Source of the DNA: Myxococcota bacterium | Lineage (GTDB): Bacteria > Myxococcota_A > UBA796 > CAJQPC01 | Direction: 5' to 3' | Assembly (NCBI GenBank): GCA_036012755.1 | Contig: DASCPX010000031.1 | Location: 28,476 to 92,475 of the forward strand | DNA: 64,000 nt | Shown: piece after piece, positions 27,070 through 37,539 of the stretch | How the letters are laid out: the number at the start of each line of letters is the position of its first letter | Numbering within the stretch: position 1 is the stretch's first letter | Program-made: the position numbers and the translations under genes | The notes under the pieces: generated by a model | The model's database searches: none | What the model was told of the DNA's origin: nothing | The model's input: the letters and a program-made list of their open reading frames with translations, nothing else

Positions 27070-28028
27070 CAGCGGAGCGGGACCAGGACAGACGGGGTGC
27101 CAGAGACGAGGACCGCGGGACCCTTGGGGGTGCGGACGGCGACGGCGACGGCGGACTCGGGGATGTCGCGGAGGACGTGGTCCTTCCACCCGAGCGAGTC
27201 GCGGACCAGGAGGTGGACACCAGAGGTGCCGGTCACGAGGATCCAGCCTTCCTCGAGGACCTCGATCTCCCTCGCCGAGTAGTCGTCGGAGAAATGGGCG
27301 ATGGCCCGGGACTCCTCCCACCTCGGCCCCTCGAAGAGCGTGACGCGACCGTCAGCCCGCTCACCGTAGGCGTAGTGCCAGCCGTCCCCTGCGAGCAGCT
27401 CGAGGTCGCCGTCGTCGTCGAGGTCGGCCACGGCGAGGCTGCGCGCGCCTCGGTGAGAGGGGAGAACACGGGCCCCCACGCGGACATCGCCGTCACTCTT
27501 CGGCTCCGGGCCATAGACATGGGCGAGCACGACCTCCTCGCCCACCGGCACGCTCCGGGTGGCGAGCAGCCCGCTGGCCTTGACGTCGAGGGCCCCCGAG
27601 ACGACCCAGCCGGACTCGACGACGCGGCTGTTCGCGTAGGTCGCCACCCAGACCTGGCCGTCGATGACCCGAAGCTCCGGGATCTGGGTCCGATCTCCCG
27701 GGAAGGACGCGAGGCGCTCGACGCTGTCGGCCGAGACGACCTCCAAGTGGGCGGGCCCCCGGTACTCCCGGCTCATGCCGGTCGCCAGCACCAGCTCCTC
27801 GCGACCGTCGCCGTCCAGATCCCCGGCTGCGGCCCGCTGGAAGGACCCCTCCAGCTCCAGCCTGCCGCCGGCCCAGCGCATCACTCCGTCGTGTATGTAG
27901 AAGAGTTCGTCGAAGCCGTCGCCGTCGAGGTCCGCGGCAGCGACGCCGTCTCCGGCGGGATCGAGCTCGAGTGCCGGTCCGATGGTCGGGAGCACGGGGC
28001 TCGAGGCGCAAGCGAGCAACAACGGCAT
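27069..28028 (-). CDS. FG-GAP/VCBS repeat lipoprotein
   Basis: MPLLLAC; ADLDGDGFDEL, GDLDGDGREEL, ADLDDDGDLEL. TGATG overlap with the UbiA-like gene. Confidence 0.8.
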   Translation of the reverse strand: MPLLLACASSPVLPTIGPALELDPAGDGVAAADLDGDGFDELFYIHDGVMRWAGGRLELEGSFQRAAAGDLDGDGREELVLATGMSREYRGPAHLEVVSADSVERLASFPGDRTQIPELRVIDGQVWVATYANSRVVESGWVVSGALDVKASGLLATRSVPVGEEVVLAHVYGPEPKSDGDVRVGARVLPSHRGARSLAVADLDDDGDLELLAGDGWHYAYGERADGRVTLFEGPRWEESRAIAHFSDDYSAREIEVLEEGWILVTGTSGVHLLVRDSLGWKDHVLRDIPESAVAVAVRTPKGPAVLVSGTPSVLVPLR

Positions 28029-28068
28029 GGCCCGCATCTATCGCGCTATGGTGGGCCTTGAAGGGCCG

Positions 28069-28728
28069 ATGCATCCACCGCTGGACATCGCCGTCACCAC
28101 GACGCCACGGCCGGCGGCCTTCGGGTTCTACGAGGAGGGGGACGGCGTGCTCTCCCTCTACCTGGCGCCGCTGCGCGCGGAGCGTGTCCTGGAGCCCCTC
28201 CTCGGGTGCCTCGGCCACGCCACGCCCGTCTACCTGGGCGACGCGCCGGCTCCACGCGGCGCTCGTCCGCTCCCCAGCGGAGGTTGGGTCGGAACGACGG
28301 ATCACCTCGATCGCCTCGAGGCACCCGCCGAGCTCCTCTTCGTGGAGCGGCCCCGAATCGAGGCGATCGAAGCCCTCCCGGGCAGCCTGCTGGCCCACCC
28401 CGAGAAAGCACTGCCAGACTCGCTGAAGGCCCGCGCAGCCCTGATCCTGACCGTGCACGATCACGCCATCGTGCTGTCGCGTGACAAGAGCGTGCTGGCA
28501 GCCTGCCTCGCCCCGCTCCTGGAGGGGCTCGCCAACGCTGAGCTGCCTCCATTGACGGAGCTGCTCGAACCCATGGCCGACTCCGCCTGGCGCGAGGTCC
28601 ACGTGGACTCCCGCCAGCGCTACCGGCTCATGCACCTGGACCTCAGGGACGCGGACCGCCTGGTCGAAGAGGACACCTGGGTCGCGCCGGGCGAGGGAGG
28701 CCAGTGGCGGGCGAGCTGGTCCTGGTAG
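28069..28728 (+). CDS. Hypothetical protein
   Basis: GC3-biased ORF; start MHPPLDIAV chosen to avoid overlap with the divergent gene. Confidence 0.6.
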   Translation: MHPPLDIAVTTTPRPAAFGFYEEGDGVLSLYLAPLRAERVLEPLLGCLGHATPVYLGDAPAPRGARPLPSGGWVGTTDHLDRLEAPAELLFVERPRIEAIEALPGSLLAHPEKALPDSLKARAALILTVHDHAIVLSRDKSVLAACLAPLLEGLANAELPPLTELLEPMADSAWREVHVDSRQRYRLMHLDLRDADRLVEEDTWVAPGEGGQWRASWSW

Positions 28729-29825
28729 AGCCGCTCCTGGTCCAGGACGACCGGGATCTGAGTGCGGCGCTGGCGGGACTCGAGCCCCCGATCGCGCTGG
28801 ACACCGAGTTCCACTCCGAGCACCGCTACTACCCCCGTCTGAAGCTCGTCCAGCTGCGCGATCGGGCCGGCCGGATCGTGCTGATCGACCCCCTCGCGCC
28901 GCTGGAGCTCGGACGCCTCCGGGCCCTCGACGGCGTCGACCTGCTGACCCACGCTCCCCACCAGGACCTTGGGATCCTCGGTCGGGTCGCGGGACTCGTC
29001 CCGGGCCGCGTCCTGGACACCCAGACCCTCGCTGGCTTTGCGGGCCTGGGCTACCCGCGCACCCTCGGTGACCTCGTCCGAGAGGTGCTCGGCGAGGCGG
29101 GCGCCAGCTCGCGGACGCTCTCCGACTGGAGCCGTCGTCCGCTGAGCGAGGCCCAGCTCACCTACGCGATCTCCGACGTGAGCTCGCTCCACCACCTGGC
29201 GGAGGTCCTGCTGGAGCGTGTGGGCGACCGCCTGGAGTGGGCGCTCGAGGCTTGCTCCGAGCAGGTGGACAGCGCCCTGTCAGAGCCGGATGTCGCGGAG
29301 GCCTGGATGCGGATCGGGGCGGCCGACATCCTCTCCCCGCGCGGCCGCAGCGTGTTGCAGCGCCTGGCGGCCTGGCGCGAGGCCACGGCGAGGGCCCAGG
29401 ACCAGCCTCACTCGCAGATCGCCTCGAACGCCGTCCTGGTCGACCTCGCCCGACGGCGCCCATCCAGCCTGGACGAGATGACGCGGAACCGACGCTTCCC
29501 CAAGCGACTGGCCCGACGCCACTCGGCGGTGCTGTTGGCTCACTGTGCCTCCGGGCGGGGGGACGAGACCTACGATCACGCCGCTCGGGTCGAGCTGGAG
29601 GCTTGCGAGCGTTGCCTGGAGTCGTGGGCGCTGAGCTTCGAGCTCCAGCACGGAATCGCCGCGAGGCTGGCCTTGCCCCCGACCCTCCGGCGCGAGGTGG
29701 CAGAGGCCGTGCGGGCACGAACCCCGATTCCCCTGCGGGGTTGGCGCGAACGAGCCTTGTCACCAGAGTTGTCACGCTTTGTCGCTGACGCCAAGACCTT
29801 TGAATTACTGAGTATTGGCAAGTAG
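28704..29825 (+). CDS. rnd: Ribonuclease D (DEDDy exonuclease + HRDC)
   Basis: ALDTEF...HRYYPRL.LVQ, QDL, DTQ, SDWSRRPLS..QL.YA..DV, LAAWRE..AR..D.P. Confidence 0.85.
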   Translation: MAGELVLVEPLLVQDDRDLSAALAGLEPPIALDTEFHSEHRYYPRLKLVQLRDRAGRIVLIDPLAPLELGRLRALDGVDLLTHAPHQDLGILGRVAGLVPGRVLDTQTLAGFAGLGYPRTLGDLVREVLGEAGASSRTLSDWSRRPLSEAQLTYAISDVSSLHHLAEVLLERVGDRLEWALEACSEQVDSALSEPDVAEAWMRIGAADILSPRGRSVLQRLAAWREATARAQDQPHSQIASNAVLVDLARRRPSSLDEMTRNRRFPKRLARRHSAVLLAHCASGRGDETYDHAARVELEACERCLESWALSFELQHGIAARLALPPTLRREVAEAVRARTPIPLRGWRERALSPELSRFVADAKTFELLSIGK

Positions 29826-29902
29826 ACGTCTTACACGACGATTACAACCGTCACTTTATGTCACCGGATGACTTGCTGCGTGACAGCCCGTGCCGCTACT
29901 GT
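29757..29902 (+). promoter_or_regulatory. Putative flp promoter region with repeated TGTCAC-like boxes
   Basis: TTGTCAC 29757 and 29769, TTGTCGC 29779, CGTCAC 29849, TGTCAC 29859, inverted GTGACA 29880. Possible TTGCTG-N18-TACTGT promoter (29873-29902). Confidence 0.45.
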
Positions 29903-29947
29903 CTCACGGTGGGTACGACCCGCCACCAACTTCTCAGGGAGAGAACA

Positions 29948-30115
29948 ATGCTCAAGGCCTTCATCAACGACGAGTCTGGCGCCACCGCGATCGAGTACGG
30001 CCTCATTGCCGGTCTTGTCGCCGTTGCCATCATCGCAGCGCTGACCGCGCTCGGCACCTCGCTCGATACCCTCTTCTCGAGCGTGGCCAGCACCGTCAAC
30101 GCCGCGACCTCCTGA
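29948..30115 (+). CDS. flp: Flp family type IVb/IVc pilin
   Basis: MLKAFINDESG/ATAIEYGLIAGLVAVAII Flp motif; GGGAGAG RBS. Confidence 0.95.
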   Translation: MLKAFINDESGATAIEYGLIAGLVAVAIIAALTALGTSLDTLFSSVASTVNAATS

Positions 30116-30131
30116 GGCCGCACGCGAGCAG

Positions 30132-30614
30132 GTGAGCACCGCTCTCCTGCTCCTCGAGGCGATCCTCGTCATCGCAGCGGGTTGGGACGTCGCACAGCGG
30201 CGCATTCCCAACCCGCTCGTGCTCTGTGGGCTCCTGCTCGGACCCTGCCTCGCCGTCTATGACGGTGGGTGGTCCGGGCTGGGGCTCTCTGTGCTCGGGG
30301 CGGTGTTGGGCTTCGGTCTGACCTTCCCTCAGTGGGCGCTCAAGCTCATGGGTGGCGGCGACGCGAAGCTCTTCGTGGTCGTCGGTGCCTTCCTTGGACC
30401 GCTGATGGTCGTCGACGCGCTGATCTGGTCCCTGCTCTGCCACGGCCTCGTGTCCGTAGCCATGCTGGGCACGAGGCGGGTCCAGGCGCTGACCGGGCGA
30501 GTGCTGCTTGCGGACACCGCACGCGTCCCGATGGCCGTCGCCGTCCCGGTCGGCTGCGGCCTCGCCACGGCCTTCCCGCTACTTCAGCCCGTCATCGAGG
30601 GCTTCACAGCCTAG
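30132..30614 (+). CDS. cpaA: Prepilin peptidase CpaA/TadV (A24)
   Basis: WD...RRIPN and MGGGDAKL aspartates; located after flp. Confidence 0.9.
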   Translation: MSTALLLLEAILVIAAGWDVAQRRIPNPLVLCGLLLGPCLAVYDGGWSGLGLSVLGAVLGFGLTFPQWALKLMGGGDAKLFVVVGAFLGPLMVVDALIWSLLCHGLVSVAMLGTRRVQALTGRVLLADTARVPMAVAVPVGCGLATAFPLLQPVIEGFTA

Positions 30615-30632
30615 GGCCAGGCCTCTATACCT

Positions 30633-30653
30633 GCGGAAGTCGTATACTTCCGC
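30633..30653. promoter_or_regulatory. 8-bp inverted repeat overlapping a TATACT hexamer upstream of cpaB
   Basis: GCGGAAGT-CGTAT-ACTTCCGC; TATACT at 30643-30648; no U-tract. Confidence 0.45.
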
Positions 30654-30671
30654 CTCCACCGGGAGTCCTTC

Positions 30672-31658
30672 ATGCAGCAACGTCAGCAGACCGGTGGCCG
30701 GGGGAAGGCCTATCTCTTCCTCGGTGTCTCGCTGGTCGCTGCGGTCCTCGCGGCCGTGCTCGTAGTGAAAATGCTCAAGAGCGCCCAGAACCAGGTCGAG
30801 CAGGCACGCAAGCCCAGCGAGACCGTGGATGTCGTGGTCGCGACCCGCAATCTCTACATGGGGCTGCCCATCCAGGAAGGCGACGTCGCCGTCAGGGCGC
30901 TGTCGCCGGAGATGGTGCCGGCCGATGTCGTCTTCACCTCGGTCGATCAGAGCATCGGCCGGACACCGAAGGAGCGCATCCTCGCCTCCGAGATCGTCCG
31001 CTCCGAGCGGCTGGCCCGCCGCGAAGCCGGTGTCGGCCTCAACGCCATCATCACCCCCGGAAAGCGCGCGATCTCCGTCGCCGTCAAGGCCGAGGAGGCC
31101 GTGGCCGGCTTCGTCCATCCGCTGAACTACGTCGACGTCATCGTCGTCATCAAGCCGGACGACCGCGAAGCGGCCCAGTCTCGGGCCATCGCCAAGACGC
31201 TGCTGCAGGGCATCAAGGTCCTGGCCGTCGGCGACACCCTCGGCGGCGTGGGGGGCGACGAGACGGAGACGGCGAGCGCCAAGAAGGGCGAGTCCCCGAA
31301 GGTGAAGAAGACCTCGTCGAAGTCCTCGGCGACCAAGGGCAAGCGCACGGTCACCCTCGAGGTCACCCTCGAGGAGGCGGAGCAGATCGCGCTCGCGGCG
31401 GCCAAGGGCGACATCGTGCTGGCCCTCCGCGCCGACATCGACATCACCCGGGTCGAGACCCACGGCGCCAAGGTCGACACGCTGATAGGCCTGATACCGG
31501 ACGAAGACAAGCCACTGACGACCATGGCCGTCCGCAAGACGACCACCAAGGCGGCAGAGGGACCGAAGGCCGAGGTCGTCAGCGGCGGCGACGTCACCCA
31601 GATCGAGTTCAACTCGGACGGAACGCGGGACGAGAGCCGCAACAAGCGCAAGCGCTGA
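30672..31658 (+). CDS. cpaB: Flp pilus assembly protein CpaB/RcpC
   Basis: N-terminal TM, SAF domain (VVVATRNL..G..I), PGKRAISV, VAGFV.P..YVDV, VTLEVT.EEAE. Confidence 0.93.
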   Translation: MQQRQQTGGRGKAYLFLGVSLVAAVLAAVLVVKMLKSAQNQVEQARKPSETVDVVVATRNLYMGLPIQEGDVAVRALSPEMVPADVVFTSVDQSIGRTPKERILASEIVRSERLARREAGVGLNAIITPGKRAISVAVKAEEAVAGFVHPLNYVDVIVVIKPDDREAAQSRAIAKTLLQGIKVLAVGDTLGGVGGDETETASAKKGESPKVKKTSSKSSATKGKRTVTLEVTLEEAEQIALAAAKGDIVLALRADIDITRVETHGAKVDTLIGLIPDEDKPLTTMAVRKTTTKAAEGPKAEVVSGGDVTQIEFNSDGTRDESRNKRKR

Positions 31659-31662
31659 GGGA

Positions 31663-33090
31663 ATGATGCAGAAGCTGTTCGTTGTGTTGTCGCTGCCGAT
31701 CCTGCTGTGTGCCGTCTCGCTCGGGTCCGTCCTGGTCGCGTCGCCTGCACATGCTCAGGACGTGCCTCGGACCCAGTGGCTCGATGTCGAAGTGGGTCAG
31801 TCCTCGATCCAGAAGTCCAATCGCCCCTTCGCGCGGGTGCTCATCTCCGACCCGGACGTGGCGGAGATCAAGCTCCTCGAGGAAGGCCAGTTCTCGATCC
31901 GCGGGCTCGCCGTCGGGAGCACCGACCTCTGGGTCTGGTACCGGGACGACACCGAACACCCAGAGGTCTTCGAGCTGACGGTCCACCGCGACCTGTCAGA
32001 CCTGATCAGGCGAGTCGGCGAACTGGTCAGCTCCGGTCCACCACCTCGCGTCTACCCGCTCGAGAACCGCATCGTCATCGAGGGCGCCGTCCCCGATCTG
32101 GTCACCCTGGAACGCATCGCGGCCATCGCCGAGATCTACGACGAGGACTTCGTCAACCTCATGATCGTGCGCGGCGACCACCAGGTCCAGCTGGAGGTGG
32201 TCTTCGCCGAGGTCAGCCGCTCCGCGGTCCGAGAGATGGGCCTCAACGCCATCTGGGGCAACGACTACGCGGCCGGCAACATGGTCAACCCGTCCACGAC
32301 CGGAGACCGCGGGCTGGCCTCGACCCCCGACGAGCGGACAGGCGGCATCCAGATGAGCGAGCTGCTCAACGGCGGGACCATCGCCTCCGCTGGCACCGGG
32401 GCCTTCTCGTTCATGGGCGCGATCGACGACCCGGTCAACGTCGCGGCAGTGCTCTCGGTGCTCGAGCAGCACGACATCACAAAGATCCTCGCCGAGCCGA
32501 CGCTGGTGGCGCTGTCCGGTCAGCAGGCCGAGTTCCTCGCCGGTGGAGAGATCCCGGTGCCGGTCGCGCAGACGAACAACCGCATCACGCTGGAGTTCAA
32601 GGAGTACGGCGTCAAGCTGCTCTTCATCCCGACCGTCCTGGGCGACGGCGTCATCGACATGCGGACCTACGTCGAGGTCAGCGAGATCGACAACTCGACC
32701 TCGACCCGCATCACGGGCATCGAGATCCCCGGCTTCATCAGCCGCAAGGCCGACAGCCACTTGCGCATGAGCGACGGCATGACCTTCGCGATGGCGGGCA
32801 TGCTCTCCGAGTCGGTCCGATACACCCGCGCAGAGGTCCCGATCCTGGGAGAGATCCCGATCATCGGAGCCCTGTTCAGCTACACGAAGCACGATCGCGA
32901 CGAGACGGAGCTGATGATCTTCGTCACGCCGCGGCTGGTGCGCCCGATGGCGCCGAACGAGGTCCCGCTGCCGCCTGGCGGGGCAGAGGACAACAACCCG
33001 AATGACTTCGAGCTGTTCCTCCTCGGCCTCGATCACCGGGCGGGGTCCAGGACGGCATCTCCGACGGGCAACGTCGGCCTGGAGCGCTGA
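31663..33090 (+). CDS. cpaC: Tad secretin CpaC/RcpA
   Basis: Signal peptide; QVQLEVVFAEVSR, LAEPTL...SGQ.AEFLAGGEIPVP, FKEYGV, IPIIGALF, ELMIFVTPRLV. Confidence 0.95.
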   Translation: MMQKLFVVLSLPILLCAVSLGSVLVASPAHAQDVPRTQWLDVEVGQSSIQKSNRPFARVLISDPDVAEIKLLEEGQFSIRGLAVGSTDLWVWYRDDTEHPEVFELTVHRDLSDLIRRVGELVSSGPPPRVYPLENRIVIEGAVPDLVTLERIAAIAEIYDEDFVNLMIVRGDHQVQLEVVFAEVSRSAVREMGLNAIWGNDYAAGNMVNPSTTGDRGLASTPDERTGGIQMSELLNGGTIASAGTGAFSFMGAIDDPVNVAAVLSVLEQHDITKILAEPTLVALSGQQAEFLAGGEIPVPVAQTNNRITLEFKEYGVKLLFIPTVLGDGVIDMRTYVEVSEIDNSTSTRITGIEIPGFISRKADSHLRMSDGMTFAMAGMLSESVRYTRAEVPILGEIPIIGALFSYTKHDRDETELMIFVTPRLVRPMAPNEVPLPPGGAEDNNPNDFELFLLGLDHRAGSRTASPTGNVGLER

Positions 33091-33097
33091 AGGAGGC

Positions 33098-34285
33098 ATG
33101 CGTAGCCTGGGGCCAACCCGAGGGGCGGCAAGCGTCCTCATCGTCGGAGTCGACAAGGGCGGGATGGGCTCGCTGCGGGAGACCCTGGGCGCGGAGGCCG
33201 TGCTCCCCGTGAGCTCGATCGAGTACGCCGCAGCCTATGAGGCCACTCGGAAGTCGAAGCCGAACGTGCTCATCGTCGGCTTCGACTCGGACTTCGAGGA
33301 GGCCGTGCGGCTCGGCGCGGAGATCACCAGCGACTTCCCGCACACGACGCTCGTGGCGCTGTCGCGAGGATCCGACCCGAACCGGATTCGGGCGGCGATG
33401 CGCTCCGGCTACCGCGAGTACGTCGTCCTGCCAGAGGACGCCGAGCTCCTCCGACACGCTGTCCACGAGGCCGTCTACAGCAGCACCATGGACGACGAGG
33501 ACCGAGGCGAGGTCATCGCCATCTGCGGCGCCAAGGGCGGCTGTGGCGTGACCTCGCTGACGATCAACCTCGCCGCCGAGCTCTCCCCGATCCACCGGGT
33601 CGTGGCGATCGACCTGAACTTCTCCATGGGCGATGTCGCCAGCTTCCTCGACCTGAGCCCGAAGCGGAACATCGAGGACGTGCTGCGCGATCTCGAGCGC
33701 CTGGACGGGCGCATGCTCGCGGGCTCCGTGGCGGTCCACAAGAGCAAGACCCACATCCTTGCCCAGCCCAACGAGATCGACGAGCGAGAGGAGGTCAAGG
33801 GCGACGCGATCCTCCGCATGCTCCAGATCTGCGCGGAGAGCTACCAGTACTGCCTCATCGACTGCGGCGTGAGCCTCGACGAGGCCACCCTGACGACGAT
33901 CACCGTCAGCGACCTGGTCCTGCTCGTCACCAACGCGGACGTGCCGGCGGTGAAGAACGCCTGGCGACGGCTCCAGCTGTTCGAGCGCATCGGCATCGAC
34001 AAGGAGCGCATCCGCCTCATCGTGAACCGCTACGACAAGAAGGCGCAGCTGGCGCTCCCCGACATCGAGCAGAACCTGGGCATGCGCGTCGCGGCTCGCG
34101 TGCAGAACGACTGGAAGACCCTTGCACAGTCGGTCAACGAGGGGCGACTCGTGCGAGACGTGAACAAGCGCTCCCCGGCGGCGCGCGACTACAGCAACAT
34201 GGTCACGATCGTGACAGACCACGAGGAATCCATCGACCAGACTGAGAAGGAGCGCGGTAGCGCTCTGAACTGGTTGTTCAACTGA
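33098..34285 (+). CDS. cpaE: CpaE/TadZ (REC-like + ParA/MinD-like)
   Basis: AAGGAGG RBS; AAMRSGYREY, GAKGGCGVTS, NLA, IVNRY. Confidence 0.9.
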   Translation: MRSLGPTRGAASVLIVGVDKGGMGSLRETLGAEAVLPVSSIEYAAAYEATRKSKPNVLIVGFDSDFEEAVRLGAEITSDFPHTTLVALSRGSDPNRIRAAMRSGYREYVVLPEDAELLRHAVHEAVYSSTMDDEDRGEVIAICGAKGGCGVTSLTINLAAELSPIHRVVAIDLNFSMGDVASFLDLSPKRNIEDVLRDLERLDGRMLAGSVAVHKSKTHILAQPNEIDEREEVKGDAILRMLQICAESYQYCLIDCGVSLDEATLTTITVSDLVLLVTNADVPAVKNAWRRLQLFERIGIDKERIRLIVNRYDKKAQLALPDIEQNLGMRVAARVQNDWKTLAQSVNEGRLVRDVNKRSPAARDYSNMVTIVTDHEESIDQTEKERGSALNWLFN

Positions 34286-34307
34286 CCGTGTCAACCCTGG
34301 AGGCAAC

Positions 34308-35662
<1,355 letters not shown>

Positions 35663-35666
<4 letters not shown>

Positions 35667-36619
35667 ACCGATTCCTCACCATCTTCGTCATCGCGGTGGT
35701 CTTCGCCGCGGTCCTGCTCGCCATGCAGGGTTGGTGGTGGTACCGCGTCACGCAGAAGCAGCAGGAGGAGAAAGAGCTCTCCCGGCGGCTGGGCACCCTC
35801 GGGGACGACCACAGCGAGTCGCTCTTCCGTCTCCAGCAGCGGCGTGACCCGAGGAGTCTCGGCGACATCGGCGGCGCGGTGGCGGGCAACCTCGAGCTGC
35901 TGCTGCTGGAAGCCGGCCACCCGTGTACCTTCCAGTCGCTCACGCTGCAGATGGTCGGCGCGGCGCTGGTCGGCATGCTCGGGCTCACGATCCTGAGCCA
36001 GTCGGCCATCGGCATCGCCGGAGTGATGTTCGCCTACATTCCGGTGATCCGGGTGCGCTCCATCGCCAACGCCCGAGCCGAGAAGATCACCGAGCAGCTG
36101 CCGGACGCGCTGGAGCTCGTCGCCCGCTCGCTGCAGGCCGGTCATGGAATCGCAGAGGCCATGCGCTCCTGCGCGGAGGAGATGCACCAGCCGATCGCCG
36201 CCGAGTTCGGCCGGGTCTACGAGCAGAACAACCTGGGCCGCGACTTCCGCGAGTGCATGGAGTCGCTCACGGCTCGGAACCCGAACAACTTCGACCTCAA
36301 GATCTTCTCCTCCAGCGTGCTCTTGCAGCGAGAGACCGGCGGCAACCTCATCGAGATCCTCGAGAGCATCTCCAACACGATCCGCAAGCGCTTCATCTTC
36401 CACGGAACGGTGAGGGCCCTGACGGCAGAGGCGCGCTTCAGCGCGGTCATCCTCGCGTGCCTCCCGTGGTTCGTCACCGGCGCCATCTGGTTCTTTCGGC
36501 CCTTCTACCTGCGGCCCCTGGTCGAAGACCCCCTGGGTCGCATGATGCTGGGCTTCATCATCGTCTGGTTCACCCTCGGCCTGTTCGTCATGCGCGAGAT
36601 CACGAAGGTGGACGTCTGA
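35663..36619 (+). CDS. tadB: Tad platform protein TadB
   Basis: QLPDALE...RSLQAGH, EF, QRETGGNL.EIL, LTAEARFS. Confidence 0.93.
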
Positions 36620-37539
36620 TGGGCTCCGTCGCTGTCGCTGCTGGAGCGCTGGTCTTCTTGACCGTCGTCGCGGCGCTCGCGGGGGTGTTCTTCATCGTCA
36701 ACCCGTGGCGAACCGCCCAGGACCGGTTGACGGACATGACGGGCAGCGCTCCCGCCCAGGACGCACGGCGCAGCGAGCGCATGGGCGCCGTCGGCCAGAC
36801 CATCGCCCGCCTCGCCGCCCCGAAAGAGGACAGCGATGACTTCAACGCCCTCCGCAAGCGCTTGATCCAGTCCGGCTACCGTGGCCGCAACAACGTCGAG
36901 CTGTACTCGGCCATACGCTTCGCCCTCGCCGTCGCCTTCCCGCTGCTCTTTGCGATCCTGCCGCTTCAGACCGGCACGCTGGGGTCCGTGGCCGGAGCGC
37001 TGGTGACCTGCGCCGTGGGCTACTGGCTGCCGGCACTGTGGGTCACGAACACGCTCCAGAAGCGCCAGGATGCGATCCTCCGGACCTTCCCGGACGCGCT
37101 TGACATGCTCACCGCGTCGGTGGAAGCGGGTCTGGGTCTGGACGCCGCGTTTCGGCGGGTGGCCAACGAGATGGGCGAAGCCGCACCCCTGTTGTGCGAC
37201 GAGCTCAAGCTGGTCAACAACGAGGTCAGCGCCGGCATCTCCCGCACCGAGGCGCTCAGGCACCTCGAGGTCCGCACCGGACTCGACGAGGTCGCCTCGC
37301 TCGTGAACGTGCTGATCCAGGCGGAGCGCTTCGGTACGCCGGTGGCGCGCAGCCTCCGAGTCCACTCCGAGCTCGTCCGAACCAAGCGCATGCAGAAGGC
37401 CGAGGAGGCCGCGGCGAAGATCTCGCCGAAGCTCACGGTCGCTATGATCCTCTTCATGCTCCCCTGCCTCATCATCGTGGTCCTCGGACCGGCGATCGTG
37501 AAGGTCATTCGCAACCTCCTGCCGGCGCTGGGGGGATGA
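36619..37539 (+). CDS. tadC: Tad platform protein TadC
   Basis: TGATG overlap; FPDALDML..SVEAGLGLDAA, QAERFGT, AEE.AAK...KL, GPA. Confidence 0.93.
   Translation: MGSVAVAAGALVFLTVVAALAGVFFIVNPWRTAQDRLTDMTGSAPAQDARRSERMGAVGQTIARLAAPKEDSDDFNALRKRLIQSGYRGRNNVELYSAIRFALAVAFPLLFAILPLQTGTLGSVAGALVTCAVGYWLPALWVTNTLQKRQDAILRTFPDALDMLTASVEAGLGLDAAFRRVANEMGEAAPLLCDELKLVNNEVSAGISRTEALRHLEVRTGLDEVASLVNVLIQAERFGTPVARSLRVHSELVRTKRMQKAEEAAAKISPKLTVAMILFMLPCLIIVVLGPAIVKVIRNLLPALGG

Noticed and set aside
23639..27220. 1193-aa ORF as one giant protein
   Set aside because: The first 350 codons are Arg/Gly/Pro-rich off-frame overlap of the UbiA-like gene. Domain content starts at GTG 26170, which overlaps the upstream stop.
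29810..29947. Sigma54 promoter for flp (TTGGCA at about 29815)
   Set aside because: No GC at the required GG-N10-GC spacing.
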